A stretch of DNA of 64,000 nt from positions 416,001-480,000 of the forward strand of contig CAWAWS010000007.1 of the NCBI GenBank assembly GCA_963785725.1, read 5' to 3'. The notes below the pieces were generated by a model. That model made no database searches and was not told the DNA's origin. It worked only from the letters and a program-made list of their open reading frames with translations. The stretch is from an uncultured delta proteobacterium (GTDB lineage Bacteria; Myxococcota_A; Polyangia; Palsa-1104). Each line of letters opens with the position of its first letter. Positions within the stretch are counted from its first letter, which is position 1. The position numbers and the translations under genes were made by a program. This document shows, one piece after another, positions 53,168-63,761 of this stretch.

Positions 53168-54796
53168 CTACGATGTCGGGCGGCGCGCGTGCTGTGCGAC
53201 CTCGGCCAACAGCTGCTCGAGTCGCGGCTGCCACGTCGGCAACACCTGCAGCAGCAGCGTCACATCCGCGCGCGTCCATCGGCCCGCGTCCTGTGGCCGT
53301 CCCAAGCGGTGCGCGCTCGCGAAGCGCACGACGCGCATGACGGACGCGTGGTCGCGGTCGCGATATTCGTCCTGCAAGAGCCGCGTGCTCAGCGCCAGCG
53401 CTTCGGCGAATTGACCGCGCCAGCACTGCAGCAGCGCCTGATAGACGTCGCCGACGTCGCGTTCCGCCTCATGCTCGCTCGCGCGCATCGTTGCGATTTC
53501 GGCTTCGAGCAGGTCCCAGCGCTCCAAGATGAGCCACGCCTGCGCGCGATGCTCGCGTGCCTGCGCCGGCCAGTCGTCCTCGGCGATGCGCACGGCCAGC
53601 TCGTCGGTCGCCGCCGCCGCCATGTCTTGCCAGCGTCGCTGCGAGTGATAGACGAGCAGCAGCGTCTCCCACGCGTCCATCTGTTGCACCTCACGCGCCA
53701 AGACCGCCCGTAGCGTCGTCTCCGCGCGTTGGTAGCGCCCTTGCCGACAATCGATCCCCGCCCGCACCACCAGCGCCTCGCTGTGATCGGGCTGTAACGC
53801 GAGCACTCCGTCGAGCACGTGACAGGCATCGCGCGTCGAGTCGAGCGTCTCGTGCAGGGCTCGCGCCCAAGTCACCTTTGTCGTCGCGGCGTCGCGACCG
53901 GCGATGACGTCGTCCACCAGCTCGTCGAACGCGTCGGCGAGCGGGCTCGATTGTCCCGCTCGCTCGTCGGCGAACAGCGCGAGCCGCATCGGCGCGCCGC
54001 CGTGCTCGCTGACCCACGCCTGCAGCGCCGCGCATTCCGTCGGATATTTCTCCTGGAGCCACGGCACCACGAAGGCGCAGACATAGTTGTACGCGCGGCT
54101 CGTCGCGTACAACTCATCGCGCGGATGATCCATGAGCCAGCGATCGCCGCGCGTGCGAAACATGAAGTCGTAGTGGTGCGACGCCTCGTGCGCGAACGTG
54201 TGCAGCGTGCGCAGCTTGATGAGCGCCGTCGCCGCCGCCGAGATCCCGGGCGCATGAATGTGCGTGTAGACGTCGATCGAGCGAGCGTGCTCGCCATAGC
54301 GGCCGCGCAGCATCGGTCCCCAAACGCCGGGGAAAACTTCGCGGCTCCGCGTGTTCGTGTGCGGATCGTAGCTGCCGAAGCGCGCGCGATATTCGTACGG
54401 CGACGCCGGCCGCAAGCGAACGACGCCCAGCCCATCGAGCGCGCTCGGCGGAAAGCGGCGCATCAGATCGCGCAGCTCGTCGGCCGTGAACGCCGGCTGC
54501 CGATAGGCGCCGCCGTCGACGATCTCGATCGGCAGCGCGTCCTCGACGAGCGCGGGAATCGTCAGCTGCGCTTCGCGCCGGGTGTTGCGCACGCGCCGCT
54601 TCACCCGATCTTGCAGCTGAATGCGCCGTCGCGTCTCATGGAGCAGCTCGTCGTGAACGCGCTCGTCCGCGTAGTGCTGAGTCTCCAGTTTCTCTAGACG
54701 CTTGTGCGTCCCTCGAATCGATCGCGACAAGCGGACAGTATGCCTCGCCGCGCGAAAATCCGCCGTGCGCTGCCGCACGACGCCGCGCGGACACAC
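53168..54796 (-). CDS. hypothetical HEXXH metalloprotease-like domain plus TPR repeats
   Basis: HTFAHEASHH...DELYA and TPR-like helices. Start uncertain (GTG 54796 chosen). Confidence 0.65.
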   Translation of the reverse strand: MCPRGVVRQRTADFRAARHTVRLSRSIRGTHKRLEKLETQHYADERVHDELLHETRRRIQLQDRVKRRVRNTRREAQLTIPALVEDALPIEIVDGGAYRQPAFTADELRDLMRRFPPSALDGLGVVRLRPASPYEYRARFGSYDPHTNTRSREVFPGVWGPMLRGRYGEHARSIDVYTHIHAPGISAAATALIKLRTLHTFAHEASHHYDFMFRTRGDRWLMDHPRDELYATSRAYNYVCAFVVPWLQEKYPTECAALQAWVSEHGGAPMRLALFADERAGQSSPLADAFDELVDDVIAGRDAATTKVTWARALHETLDSTRDACHVLDGVLALQPDHSEALVVRAGIDCRQGRYQRAETTLRAVLAREVQQMDAWETLLLVYHSQRRWQDMAAAATDELAVRIAEDDWPAQAREHRAQAWLILERWDLLEAEIATMRASEHEAERDVGDVYQALLQCWRGQFAEALALSTRLLQDEYRDRDHASVMRVVRFASAHRLGRPQDAGRWTRADVTLLLQVLPTWQPRLEQLLAEVAQHARRPTS

Positions 54797-54924
54797 GAGG
54801 AGCGTGCGCTTTGCGAGCGGTCGTTTTGCTGGAGCGATCGCGGCGCGATCGCGGATGGCTGCTGCGCGAGGCGAGAGGACGCGCGCGCCACGGTCAGCGA
54901 CGCGCGCGTTCGACCGTTCGGCGA

Positions 54925-55470
54925 CTACTCTTCGTCGTCGCTGGGAACGATGACGGCGTCTTCGTCGTCTTCGCTCGCCGCCACCGGCTCGTCCTCGTCG
55001 TCGTCGGCCGCCGCGTGCTGGCCGTTGTTGCCGAAGCCGCGCACCGGCTCCGGGCTCGGCGGCGTCGCGTGCACGTGCTCGTCGTCGTGCTCGTGCTCGC
55101 TCGACGACGTCGCCCAACCGGCCTCGATCTCGCGATCTTCAGCGGCGTGCGTCGTCTCCGGCTCGGGCGCGCGCACGCTCGGCTTCTTCGGCGCGGCCTT
55201 TTTTACCGGCTTTTTCGCGGGCGCTGCCGCTTTCTTGACCGGCTTGGCCGCCGCTTTAGCCGCCGCCTTTTTTGCTTTTGGCGCGGGCTTTTTCGCGGGC
55301 GTCGCCTTCTTGACGGGCTTGGCCGCCTTCTTCACCGGCTTGGCCTTGCCGCTCGCTTTTTTCGCGGGCGCCTTCTTTTTCGCGCTCGTCTTGCCCTTCG
55401 CCTTCGAAGGAGCCGCACTCTTCTTCTTGCCCTGCGCCTTGGTGCTCTTCTTGGACTTTGGCTTGGCCAT
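54925..55470 (-). CDS. histone H1-like Lys/Ala/Pro-rich protein with acidic C-terminal half
   Basis: KKAPAKK and KPVKK repeats over ~95 aa, followed by a D/E-rich tail. Confidence 0.8.
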   Translation of the reverse strand: MAKPKSKKSTKAQGKKKSAAPSKAKGKTSAKKKAPAKKASGKAKPVKKAAKPVKKATPAKKPAPKAKKAAAKAAAKPVKKAAAPAKKPVKKAAPKKPSVRAPEPETTHAAEDREIEAGWATSSSEHEHDDEHVHATPPSPEPVRGFGNNGQHAAADDDEDEPVAASEDDEDAVIVPSDDEE

Positions 55471-55652
55471 GAGCCCGCATTATAGGGCCGCGCGAAAAAG
55501 GTCTAGACACGAATTTTTAATCCAGATATTGTGTAGTTGAAAATACTTAATTTTTATATAAAAACATAGGCTACCGAGGGCTTCGTCGCGCCCGATGGCG
55601 AGGTTTCGCCGGGGAGCGGCGCGGCCGGTTTGGACGCTCGAGCGGAGGATGA

Positions 55653-56156
55653 ATGACCCACGCGCTGCGCGCCCCTTCGGTTCCCATGGGCTTGTCGGAG
55701 CTGGCCGAGGAATTCCGCCAGCTCGACCGCCAGCGACGAGAGCGCGGGCTGTCGTTGAGTGATGCCGGCCGCTATCACACGCTGTTCGAGCGGCTGTCGG
55801 AGGTGTTGGCCTCGGGCGAGCGCCACCGCAAGCTCGACGCGCGGCAGTTCCTGCGCGTGCCGTTCGTCGTCGAGCTGACGCTGATGCGCGGCCACGGCCC
55901 GGTCACCGCGCGCTGTCGCGACTTCGGCGGCGGTGGCTGCGCGTTGACGACCGACGAGCCGCTCGCCGTCGGTCACGACGTCTGGCTCGACGGCGCCAAC
56001 GTCGCCGGCGAGCCGCAGCCGCTGCGTGGCCGCGCCATCGTCGCCTGGGCCGAAGCCGGCAGCTACGGCCTGCGCTTCTGCCTCGACGTCCCCGCCGAGC
56101 GCGACCAGATCGATCGCCTCTTTTACCGCCTGCTGGACCGCTTTTTGCGCGAGTGA
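55653..56156 (+). CDS. PilZ domain protein
   Basis: RQFLR...DFGGGG motifs and a preceding RBS (GGAGG). Confidence 0.8.
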   Translation: MTHALRAPSVPMGLSELAEEFRQLDRQRRERGLSLSDAGRYHTLFERLSEVLASGERHRKLDARQFLRVPFVVELTLMRGHGPVTARCRDFGGGGCALTTDEPLAVGHDVWLDGANVAGEPQPLRGRAIVAWAEAGSYGLRFCLDVPAERDQIDRLFYRLLDRFLRE

Positions 56157-56216
56157 CGATCAGGGCGCGGCAAGGTGGCGGTTGATGTAGCCGTCGCCGC
56201 GTGCTACCTCCACGAC

Positions 56217-57329
56217 ATGCGGAAGCAGCAGCTGACGTGGTGGCGCAAGTCGGGCTTCGTGCTCGGCTCGGGCGCATTGATGCTGATGGGCGCGCTCATG
56301 CACGCCGCCTGCGAGGACTCGAAAGGCGCGCGCGCCTCGACGCAGAAGCCGGAAGACCTGGCCGAAGTCCTGGCCAAGGTCGACGACGTCACCATCACCG
56401 TCGGCGAGTTCCAAGAGCGCATCAACCAGCAGTCGCCTTACGTGCGGGCGCGCTACACGTCGCTGGAGCGCAAGAAGGAGTTCCTCGACAACCTGGTGCG
56501 CTTCGAGGTGCTGGCCAAAGAGGCGCAGCGGCGCGGGCTCGATAAAGATCCCGAAGTCGTCCGCACGATGAAGCAGGTCATGATCCAGAAGCTGATGAAG
56601 GACGAGGTCGAGCAGCAGAAGGTCGAGGACATCAGCGACGCCGAGTGCCGCAAATACTTCGAGGCGCATCCCGAGGAGTTCAACAAGGCCGAGGAGGTGC
56701 GCGTGGCCTCGATCTTGGTCAAGGATTCGTCGACGGCGAAGAAGGTGCTGGCCGACGCGCGCATCAAAGGCGTCGACAATCAGCAGTTCCGCAACCTCGT
56801 GGCCGAGTATTCGCAAGACTTGGCGACCAAGGATCGCGGCGGCGATCTGCGCTACTTCGACGCCAAGACGAAGGACGTGCCCAAAGAGATCGTCGACGCG
56901 GCGTTCAAGCTGCAGAACATCGGCGACGTGTCCGAGCCGCTGCGGACGTCGCAAGGCATCGTCATCTTGAAGCTGACCGGGCGGCGCAAGGCGATCACGC
57001 GCCGCTTCGAAGAGGTCGTGCAGCAGATTCGCAACAAGATCTATCGCGATAAGCGCCAGGACGCGATGGAGACGTTCACCAAGACGGTGCGCGACAAGTC
57101 GAACGTCAAGATCGACGAGGCCAAGCTGGCCAAAGTGCAGATCGAAGGGCTGGGCGCCGGGCAGTTTCCGGGGCCGGGCGTGCCGCCGCCGGGGCCGGGG
57201 CAGTTCCATCCGGGCGCGCCGGGCGCGCCGCAGGCCACGCCGGTCGCGCCCGGCAATCCCGCGGGCGCGTCGACGATCGCGCTGCCACCGCCGGGATCGC
57301 CCAAAGCGCCCGAGCCGGCGAACAAGTAA
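56217..57329 (+). CDS. PpiC-type peptidylprolyl isomerase lipoprotein
   Basis: Lipobox-like HAAC, EEVRVASILV, SQD...RGGDL, GDVSEP and a Pro-rich tail. Confidence 0.9.
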   Translation: MRKQQLTWWRKSGFVLGSGALMLMGALMHAACEDSKGARASTQKPEDLAEVLAKVDDVTITVGEFQERINQQSPYVRARYTSLERKKEFLDNLVRFEVLAKEAQRRGLDKDPEVVRTMKQVMIQKLMKDEVEQQKVEDISDAECRKYFEAHPEEFNKAEEVRVASILVKDSSTAKKVLADARIKGVDNQQFRNLVAEYSQDLATKDRGGDLRYFDAKTKDVPKEIVDAAFKLQNIGDVSEPLRTSQGIVILKLTGRRKAITRRFEEVVQQIRNKIYRDKRQDAMETFTKTVRDKSNVKIDEAKLAKVQIEGLGAGQFPGPGVPPPGPGQFHPGAPGAPQATPVAPGNPAGASTIALPPPGSPKAPEPANK

Positions 57330-57352
57330 CGGCCTAGCTGAGTCATAACCCC

Positions 57353-58336
57353 GTGAAGCTCGATTTTCGTCGCCTGTCGTTCGCGCTCGCTGTCGTGGTC
57401 GCGTCGGTCGTTTTGGGCTCCACGGCGCGCGCCGCGCGCGTCGTCGAGCGCGTCGTCGCCGTCGTCAATGACGACGTCATCCTCGAGACGGAGCTCGATC
57501 AGTTCGCGGCGCCGCAATATCGCGGGCCCGATCCAGAGACGCCGGAAGGCAAGAAGGCGTGGGACGACACGAAGCGCAAGGCGCTCGAGCTGATGATCGA
57601 CTCGAAGCTGATTCAGGAGCAGGCGACCGAGCTCAAGCTGGCGGTGACGTCGGAAGAGATCGATCGCGCCATCGAGCAGGTCAAGCAGCAGAACAAGCTC
57701 GATGATTCGACGTTCGTCGAGGCGCTCAAGACGCAGGGCTACACGATGGACGGCTATCGCAAGAGCCTGCGCAAGCAGATCCTGGAGCTCAAGGTCGTGT
57801 CGCAGGCGGTGCGCTCGCGCGTCTCGGTCGGCGACGAAGAGGTGCGCACCTATTACAAGCAGAACGAGAAGGCGATGTCGGGCGCCGATCGTCAGGTGCG
57901 CTTGCGGCAGATCTTGATCACGATGTCGGACAAGATGGGCGACGACGAGGTCGAGCGGAAGAAGAAGGTGGCGCTCAAGGTCGTCGAGCTGGCGCGCGAA
58001 GGCCATTCGTTCGGCGAGCTGGCCAAGCAGTACAGCGACGACGAAGGCACGAAAGAGAGCGGCGGCGACCTCGGCTTCCTATCGAAGGGCACGCTCGTCG
58101 ACGAGCTCGACGAAGCGGTGCAGGCGATGGAGCCGGGCGACGTGCGCGGCCCGATTCGCACGGCGCGCGGCTGGGTCGTGCTGCAGCTGGTCGAGCGCAA
58201 AGCGGCGGATATCCGGCCGTTCGAAGAGGTCAAAGAGGCGCTGCGCAAACAGCTCTACGATCAGCAAGTGGAGAAGGCGCAGCAGTCGTGGCTCAAGGAG
58301 CTGCGCAAGAAGGCGCACGTCGACATTCGCTACTGA
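57353..58336 (+). CDS. SurA-like chaperone/peptidylprolyl isomerase
   Basis: ERVVAVVNDDVIL, FGELAKQYSDD, GGDLGF, WLKELRKKA. Confidence 0.92.
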   Translation: MKLDFRRLSFALAVVVASVVLGSTARAARVVERVVAVVNDDVILETELDQFAAPQYRGPDPETPEGKKAWDDTKRKALELMIDSKLIQEQATELKLAVTSEEIDRAIEQVKQQNKLDDSTFVEALKTQGYTMDGYRKSLRKQILELKVVSQAVRSRVSVGDEEVRTYYKQNEKAMSGADRQVRLRQILITMSDKMGDDEVERKKKVALKVVELAREGHSFGELAKQYSDDEGTKESGGDLGFLSKGTLVDELDEAVQAMEPGDVRGPIRTARGWVVLQLVERKAADIRPFEEVKEALRKQLYDQQVEKAQQSWLKELRKKAHVDIRY

Positions 58337-58416
58337 TTGTGCATTTGCACCACGAAATTGTGCATTCGCAACACGATATTACGCAGCTGCACAATGTAAT
58401 TGTGCGTTCGCATCAG
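58336..58416. promoter_or_regulatory. 21-bp-phased array of four GTGCR-N2-YGCAC palindromes
   Basis: Sites at 58336, 58357, 58378 and 58399, between convergent genes. Confidence 0.65.
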
Positions 58417-58440
58417 GCGACGGCGCGGCCCGAGACGACG

Positions 58441-58779
58441 TCAGAACTCCCAGGTGAGCGGGCGGCCGCCGACGACGTGCAGGTGGATGTGGAACACGGT
58501 CTGACCGGCGTGCGGGCCGGTGTTGATGACGGTGCGGTAGCCGTCGGCGAGGCCTTCGGCGGCGGCCAGCTGCTTGGCCAGCACGTGCAAGTGGCCGACG
58601 AGCGCTTCGTCCGCCTCCGTCAGCTCGTTCAGCGACGCGATGTGCTGGCGCGGAATGACGAGCAGATGCGTCGGCGCCTTGGGACGAATGTCGCGGAAGG
58701 CGACGGCGCGGTCGTCTTGCAGCAGCAGCTCGGTCTTGATCGTGCCGTCGGCGATCTTGCAGAATAGGCAGTCGCTCAT
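58441..58779 (-). CDS. histidine triad nucleotide-binding protein
   Basis: CLFCKI, AFRDIRP, GQTVFHIHLHVVGG. Confidence 0.96.
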   Translation of the reverse strand: MSDCLFCKIADGTIKTELLLQDDRAVAFRDIRPKAPTHLLVIPRQHIASLNELTEADEALVGHLHVLAKQLAAAEGLADGYRTVINTGPHAGQTVFHIHLHVVGGRPLTWEF

Positions 58780-58828
58780 GCGCGGTTCTCCTGTCGTCGA
58801 GCCTGTTGTCGGGCAGAAACGCTAACAC

Positions 58829-59575
58829 ATGCGCCGCCGCCTGCGGGTCGTCAGCTGGAACGTGGGGCGCCTCTATTCGCCGACGCACAACAATCGGCTC
58901 GACGACGCCGACGTGCCGGCGGTGGCGGCGGTGCTCGCCGAGCTGCATCCCGACGTCGTGCTGCTGCAGGAGCTGATCGACGAGCGGCAGCTGACGGCGC
59001 TGCAGTCGCGAATGTTCCCGCGCCTCGGGGAATTTCGCGCGGCGCTCGCGACGAAGTGCGGCTACGACCGGCGCGTGGCGGCGTTGGCGCGCGTCGAGCT
59101 GCAGCCCGTGTTCGACGAGGCGCTGCTCGGCCAGACCACGCGCGGCGTCGTCGGCGTGCGCTTCGTTCTCGACGGCGACGGCGGCGGCGACGTCGTGGGC
59201 GCGGCGTTGTCGGCGCACTTCGACGTCTTCGGCGCCGATCGCCGCGCCGAGCAGGGCAATGCGCTGGCGGAGCTGGCCGAAGCGCGCGCCGAGCCGCTCG
59301 TCATCTTTGGCGGCGACCTGAACATCGATCCGAGGATTGCCGCGGCCTCCGCCGCCGGCACGCACAACCTGCTCGACGTACGCACCTTCGCCCGCCTGAC
59401 GCGCAACTTCGTCGATGCCGGGCGCGATTCCGGGGCAACCCTGCTCGGTATCTTTCGCGTCGATCACCTGTTCGTAAGAGGCGCGACTCGTGCAGTTTTG
59501 TGCGTGTCTCCGCGACGGCTTCCGCTCGGAGATCATCACCCGCTGGTGCTAGACGTAGACGTGGATCCGACGTAG
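58829..59575 (+). CDS. endonuclease/exonuclease/phosphatase family protein
   Basis: SWNV, LLQE, GGDLN, RVDHLF, GDHHP. Confidence 0.9.
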   Translation: MRRRLRVVSWNVGRLYSPTHNNRLDDADVPAVAAVLAELHPDVVLLQELIDERQLTALQSRMFPRLGEFRAALATKCGYDRRVAALARVELQPVFDEALLGQTTRGVVGVRFVLDGDGGGDVVGAALSAHFDVFGADRRAEQGNALAELAEARAEPLVIFGGDLNIDPRIAAASAAGTHNLLDVRTFARLTRNFVDAGRDSGATLLGIFRVDHLFVRGATRAVLCVSPRRLPLGDHHPLVLDVDVDPT

Positions 59576-59602
59576 CATCCACGAGCTGAAGGAGGCTCAC
59601 CG

Positions 59603-59932
59603 GTGGAGCACCGCAGGTCGGATCGACGGTATGAACGAAGTGTCGCCATCGACTTCAAGCACGAGTCGACGACGTACACGGCGCGTACCCGCAACATCAG
59701 TTTAGGTGGCGTGTTCATCGAGACCGAGCAGTCGTTGCCGTTTGGTACGCGCTTGGTGCTGAAGTTCCCGGTGCCGACGCAGGCCGAGCCGATCGAAGTC
59801 GAAGGCCAAGTGCGTTGGTTGGAGCTGGAAGACGGTCGACTTCGCGGCCTGGGCGTGCGCTTCGAGGGGCTGCGCGCGCGTGATGTCTGGGCGCTCAACA
59901 AATTTTTCGAGAAGCCGCTCGAAGAAAAATGA
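59603..59932 (+). CDS. PilZ domain protein (myxobacterial type)
   Basis: RRSDR, NISLGGVFI, GQVRW, GLGVRF. Confidence 0.9.
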   Translation: MEHRRSDRRYERSVAIDFKHESTTYTARTRNISLGGVFIETEQSLPFGTRLVLKFPVPTQAEPIEVEGQVRWLELEDGRLRGLGVRFEGLRARDVWALNKFFEKPLEEK

Positions 59933-59963
59933 AATGATGCGATCGCACAATTATCTTATGCAT

Positions 59964-61148
59964 ATGCACAATTTGGCGGCCGCGGCCGCCGTTTCATTGT
60001 TGACGCTGTCCACGGCGCACGCCGCCGATCCGACGCCCGTGCCGGCGCACGCGCCCGATCGCCAGCCGATCGCCGTCGTCTGGATGGGCGACGCGTCGAG
60101 CCTGGAGCTGGGCGCGGCGCGCACCGTCGCCGAAGTGAACGCGGCCTTGGCGCGCACGGCCACGGCTCGTCCCGTCGACGGCATCGAAGATCGGCGCCTG
60201 CTCGTCGAAGGCGGCCCGTCGACGAAGGTGCAGCTCCTCTTGCACAGCGCCGAAGCCAGCTTCGTGAAGCTCAAATATGCCGACGCGGCGCGCGATTACG
60301 AAGCGGCCGAGACGGTGCTGCTCAACGAAGTGCCCTTGACGGTGTTGCGGCAGCTGTTGGGCGACGTCGAGCGCAGCCTGCTCGCTTGCTACGATCAGCT
60401 CGGCCGTCCCGTCGACGCCGCGCGCGCCGCCGAGCGCCTCAGCTGGGCCGCCGGCAGCAACGACGACATGAAGCGGCTGGTCGAGAAGTATCCGTTGGCG
60501 CGCACGTGGGAGCCGGCGTTGGCGCCGGTCACCGTCGACAGCGAGCCGGCGGGTGCCATCGTCTTCCGCAATCTGCGCGAGCTGGGCGCGGCGCCGCAGA
60601 CGTTCCCGGGCGGCGATCCGACGATCGACGTCATCGATGTGGAAGCGCCGGGATTTCGCCGCGGCCATCGCGAGCTGCGCGCGGGCGAGTCGGTGAAAGT
60701 GGCGCTGGTGAAGGAAGATCGGCTGGGCGTGCTCGTCGACGCCATCCGCGCGCAGTCGCCCGACGCCAAGCCGATCGACGTCGCCGCCGTCGGCCGTCGC
60801 GTCGGTGCCAAGCGCGTGCTCGTGCTGTTGCCCGATGGGCCGAAGAAGCTGCTCGGCCGCTGGCTGGACGTCGCCAAAGCGCAGTGGGCGCCCGAGACGA
60901 CGCGCGTCGACGCCACGGGCGCGCCGGCGATGGAGAAGCTGGCGCTGTACGCCGCGCCGCCCGAGCAAGCGGGTCCGCCGCCCGAGCTCGTCGCCACCAC
61001 GGCGCCGCCGCCGAAGAGGAAGTCGGTCGGCCCGTGGGGCAAGTGGTACACGTGGACGGCCGCGGGCGCCGTCGTCGCGCTCGTCGCCGGCCTGCTCATC
61101 GCCGAGCACGTCGGCAGCGATCAGCTGACCGTGACCGCGTCGCATTAG
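59964..61148 (+). CDS. exported protein with PEGA-like segment and C-terminal TM
   Basis: Signal peptide, VDSEPAGA and a PWGKWYTW TM tail. Start may be 59934. Confidence 0.72.
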   Translation: MHNLAAAAAVSLLTLSTAHAADPTPVPAHAPDRQPIAVVWMGDASSLELGAARTVAEVNAALARTATARPVDGIEDRRLLVEGGPSTKVQLLLHSAEASFVKLKYADAARDYEAAETVLLNEVPLTVLRQLLGDVERSLLACYDQLGRPVDAARAAERLSWAAGSNDDMKRLVEKYPLARTWEPALAPVTVDSEPAGAIVFRNLRELGAAPQTFPGGDPTIDVIDVEAPGFRRGHRELRAGESVKVALVKEDRLGVLVDAIRAQSPDAKPIDVAAVGRRVGAKRVLVLLPDGPKKLLGRWLDVAKAQWAPETTRVDATGAPAMEKLALYAAPPEQAGPPPELVATTAPPPKRKSVGPWGKWYTWTAAGAVVALVAGLLIAEHVGSDQLTVTASH

Positions 61149-61218
61149 CCAGCCGCAACCCGCACGGCCGCAACACATTCGCTTCAACTTCCACGCGCTC
61201 TTGAGTTACAAGCTTCCG

Positions 61219-61971
61219 ATGAACCGTTGGGGACTGCGCGTCTTCGCGCTGGCGCTCGTCATATCGCCTGTGGCCGGCTGCAAGAAGAGGCAACAGCAAC
61301 AGCCGGAGGTCCATAAGCTCTCGGGCGCGCTGCAGCTGCAGCTGACGCCCGGTCGCACCGGCGAGGCGCGGATTCGCTACGAGCTCATCGAGGACGGCAC
61401 CGCGCAGCCGGTCATCGACATGCACCTGCCGTGGAAGATCTTGCGGACGATGGCCGACGGCACGACGCAAGTGGGCCTCGGGCCGCCGACGTTCCCGGGC
61501 GCGACGACGCCGGCCTGGCCGGCCGGCAGCACCGTGACCTTGCAGCTCGACGCGCTCGATCGTGACTCGCACTGGATGCCGCGCGCGGACTTCCACGCGC
61601 CGGTCGAGGCGCAGCTGGCGCTCGAGAACGCGCTGCGCGTGCGCTACGCGACCGGCGCCGGCATCATCGCCTTTCCGACGACGCCGATTCACGCCGGCGA
61701 CACGTGGAGCGCCGACGATCCGCCGGCCGGCGGCGTGCACACGCATCGCCAGTCGAAGCTGCTGTCGTTGGACGGCGACGGCAAGCGCGCGCGCATCGCC
61801 ATCACCGAAGACTCGACCGTCGACGATTCGACCGCCAGCGAGCACGTCAAAGGCGAGATTGTGTACGCGCTCGACGAGCCGCTTCCCGTCGGTGGCTGGC
61901 TGCGCATCGAGAGCCGCCTCGCCGACGGCCACCAGCGCACCATCGCCTATTTGTACGGCAACAAGAAGTAG
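61219..61971 (+). CDS. hypothetical lipoprotein
   Basis: Lipobox VAGC, and FPTTPIHAGDTW. Confidence 0.72.
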   Translation: MNRWGLRVFALALVISPVAGCKKRQQQQPEVHKLSGALQLQLTPGRTGEARIRYELIEDGTAQPVIDMHLPWKILRTMADGTTQVGLGPPTFPGATTPAWPAGSTVTLQLDALDRDSHWMPRADFHAPVEAQLALENALRVRYATGAGIIAFPTTPIHAGDTWSADDPPAGGVHTHRQSKLLSLDGDGKRARIAITEDSTVDDSTASEHVKGEIVYALDEPLPVGGWLRIESRLADGHQRTIAYLYGNKK

Positions 61972-61994
61972 ATCGGCGCTAAGTAAACAGCTGT

Positions 61995-63761
61995 TTACTT
62001 CTTGTCGGACCACGGCGGCGGCAACACCGGCGGACGCTCGGCCGCTTTCTGCGTGCGCTGCAGCTCGATCTCGCTCATCAGCAGCGCCGGCGCCACCGTC
62101 GACACCGGGACGAAGCCGCTCTCGGCGCCGCAGAAGCCGTTGAAGACGCCTTCGGTGTCGGAGGTGGCGATGATGCGCGAGACCGTCGTCAGCGGCGTGC
62201 CCACCATCTCGACGCCGCGCACGAGCGTCTCGGCGCCGGTCTTGGCGTCGACGCGATAGACGAGGCGCGGCTCGCCTTTGAACGCTTGGTAGCCGTAGTT
62301 GGACGTGTTCGTCGAGCCGCCGGTGATGTCGCGGATGATGAGCCCGAAGGGCTTGCCTTGGCGGCGCACTTCGTCGAGCAACAGCTCCTTCAGCTTCGAG
62401 ACCGGCACCTTCTTCGTCGAGCGTAAGAATAAGTTGGCCATGCGGCCCATCGGGTTGGCGCTGCCTTCGGCGCGGCCGTGGCCGTTGGAGTGCAGCGAGC
62501 CGGCGATGGGCGTGCGCGACTTCAAGTAGTCGCGCAAGACGCCGTTGTCGATGAGCGTGACCTTGCGCGCGACGACGCCCTCGTCGTCGTAGCTGTACCA
62601 GCCGTTGAGCGACACCGGGCGATGGGCGATGGCCGGGCCGCCGCCTTCGGCCGGCGCGTCGATGCCGCCGCCGGTTCGCACCGTCGGGTCGTCGATGACG
62701 CTCAAGAACGTCGGCAACACTTTGTGCCCGACCTGGCCTTTGAACGTGCGGCCCTCTTTTTCGTCGTTCTGGCGCTCGCCTTCGAGGCGATGGCCGACGG
62801 TCTCGTGGAAGAACACGCCCGCCGCCTCTTCCATCAAAATTGCTGGACCGGTATAGGGATCGATGAGCGGCGCCTCGCGTAACGCGCGCAGCTCGCTGGC
62901 CAAGAGCGCGATGGCGTCGGCGAGCTGTTTGTCGTCGGGCAATTCGTCGGGCGTGCGGCCGTAGAAGTCCTTTTCGTGCTCGAGCAGCATGCCGTCTTTG
63001 GCGCGCGTCGAGGCGTTGACGTGCAGCGCGAAGATCGTCCGCTCGGTGACGATGGTGCTGCCCTCGGAGTTGACGAACCAGCGCGTCACGCGGTCGCCGG
63101 AGATCTTGATGGCGCCTTCGAAGAGGTCGGGATAGGCGCGAAAGAGCGCGCTGGCTTTGGTCGCGCGCGCCGCGAACAGCGGCTCGTTCCAGGAGAACGG
63201 CGAGGTCTCGTCGACGTGATGCGCCGCCGGCTCGCGCGAAAAGCTGGGCAGATTCTCGTCTTCGCTGATCGTCGTCGCCCGCTTGCCGCGCTTCTTCGCG
63301 TAGGCCGCCAGCGCGCGCTTGTATTTCGCGTCCGTCAACAGCCACAGCGTGCCGCGCAAGGCCTGCGGATCGTCGTCGAGCGGCGCTTCCGTCGGCGCCT
63401 CCCACTGATCGGAGTCGCCCATGTCGAACGCCAGCTCGCGATCGGACGACGTGTTGTCGAACTGATAATCGCCGACGCGTACCTCGGCCCAAGCCTGCCG
63501 CGCGTGATTGTCGGTCACGTCGGTGGGCGCGCCGAAGCGGGCCGACACCGAGTGCTGCTGATAGTCGCGCACCGCATAACCGATGAAGTAGGGCGCCTCG
63601 AAATGTTTCAGGCGCAGCTTGGCCATCGAGCGCGACAGCTCGGCCTGCATCGCGGCCAACACCGGCGAATCCTGCATCGCGCCCGGCGCCGACTGCGCCG
63701 CCTGCGCCGGAAACGCGCCGAAACTCGTTATCAATAACGCGATCGATATATGTTTTTTCAT
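61995..63761 (-). CDS. TldD/PmbA family metalloprotease with signal peptide
   Basis: FFHETVGHRLEG, DDEG, SNGHGR, GRMANL, GFCGAESG. Confidence 0.92.
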   Translation of the reverse strand: MKKHISIALLITSFGAFPAQAAQSAPGAMQDSPVLAAMQAELSRSMAKLRLKHFEAPYFIGYAVRDYQQHSVSARFGAPTDVTDNHARQAWAEVRVGDYQFDNTSSDRELAFDMGDSDQWEAPTEAPLDDDPQALRGTLWLLTDAKYKRALAAYAKKRGKRATTISEDENLPSFSREPAAHHVDETSPFSWNEPLFAARATKASALFRAYPDLFEGAIKISGDRVTRWFVNSEGSTIVTERTIFALHVNASTRAKDGMLLEHEKDFYGRTPDELPDDKQLADAIALLASELRALREAPLIDPYTGPAILMEEAAGVFFHETVGHRLEGERQNDEKEGRTFKGQVGHKVLPTFLSVIDDPTVRTGGGIDAPAEGGGPAIAHRPVSLNGWYSYDDEGVVARKVTLIDNGVLRDYLKSRTPIAGSLHSNGHGRAEGSANPMGRMANLFLRSTKKVPVSKLKELLLDEVRRQGKPFGLIIRDITGGSTNTSNYGYQAFKGEPRLVYRVDAKTGAETLVRGVEMVGTPLTTVSRIIATSDTEGVFNGFCGAESGFVPVSTVAPALLMSEIELQRTQKAAERPPVLPPPWSDKK

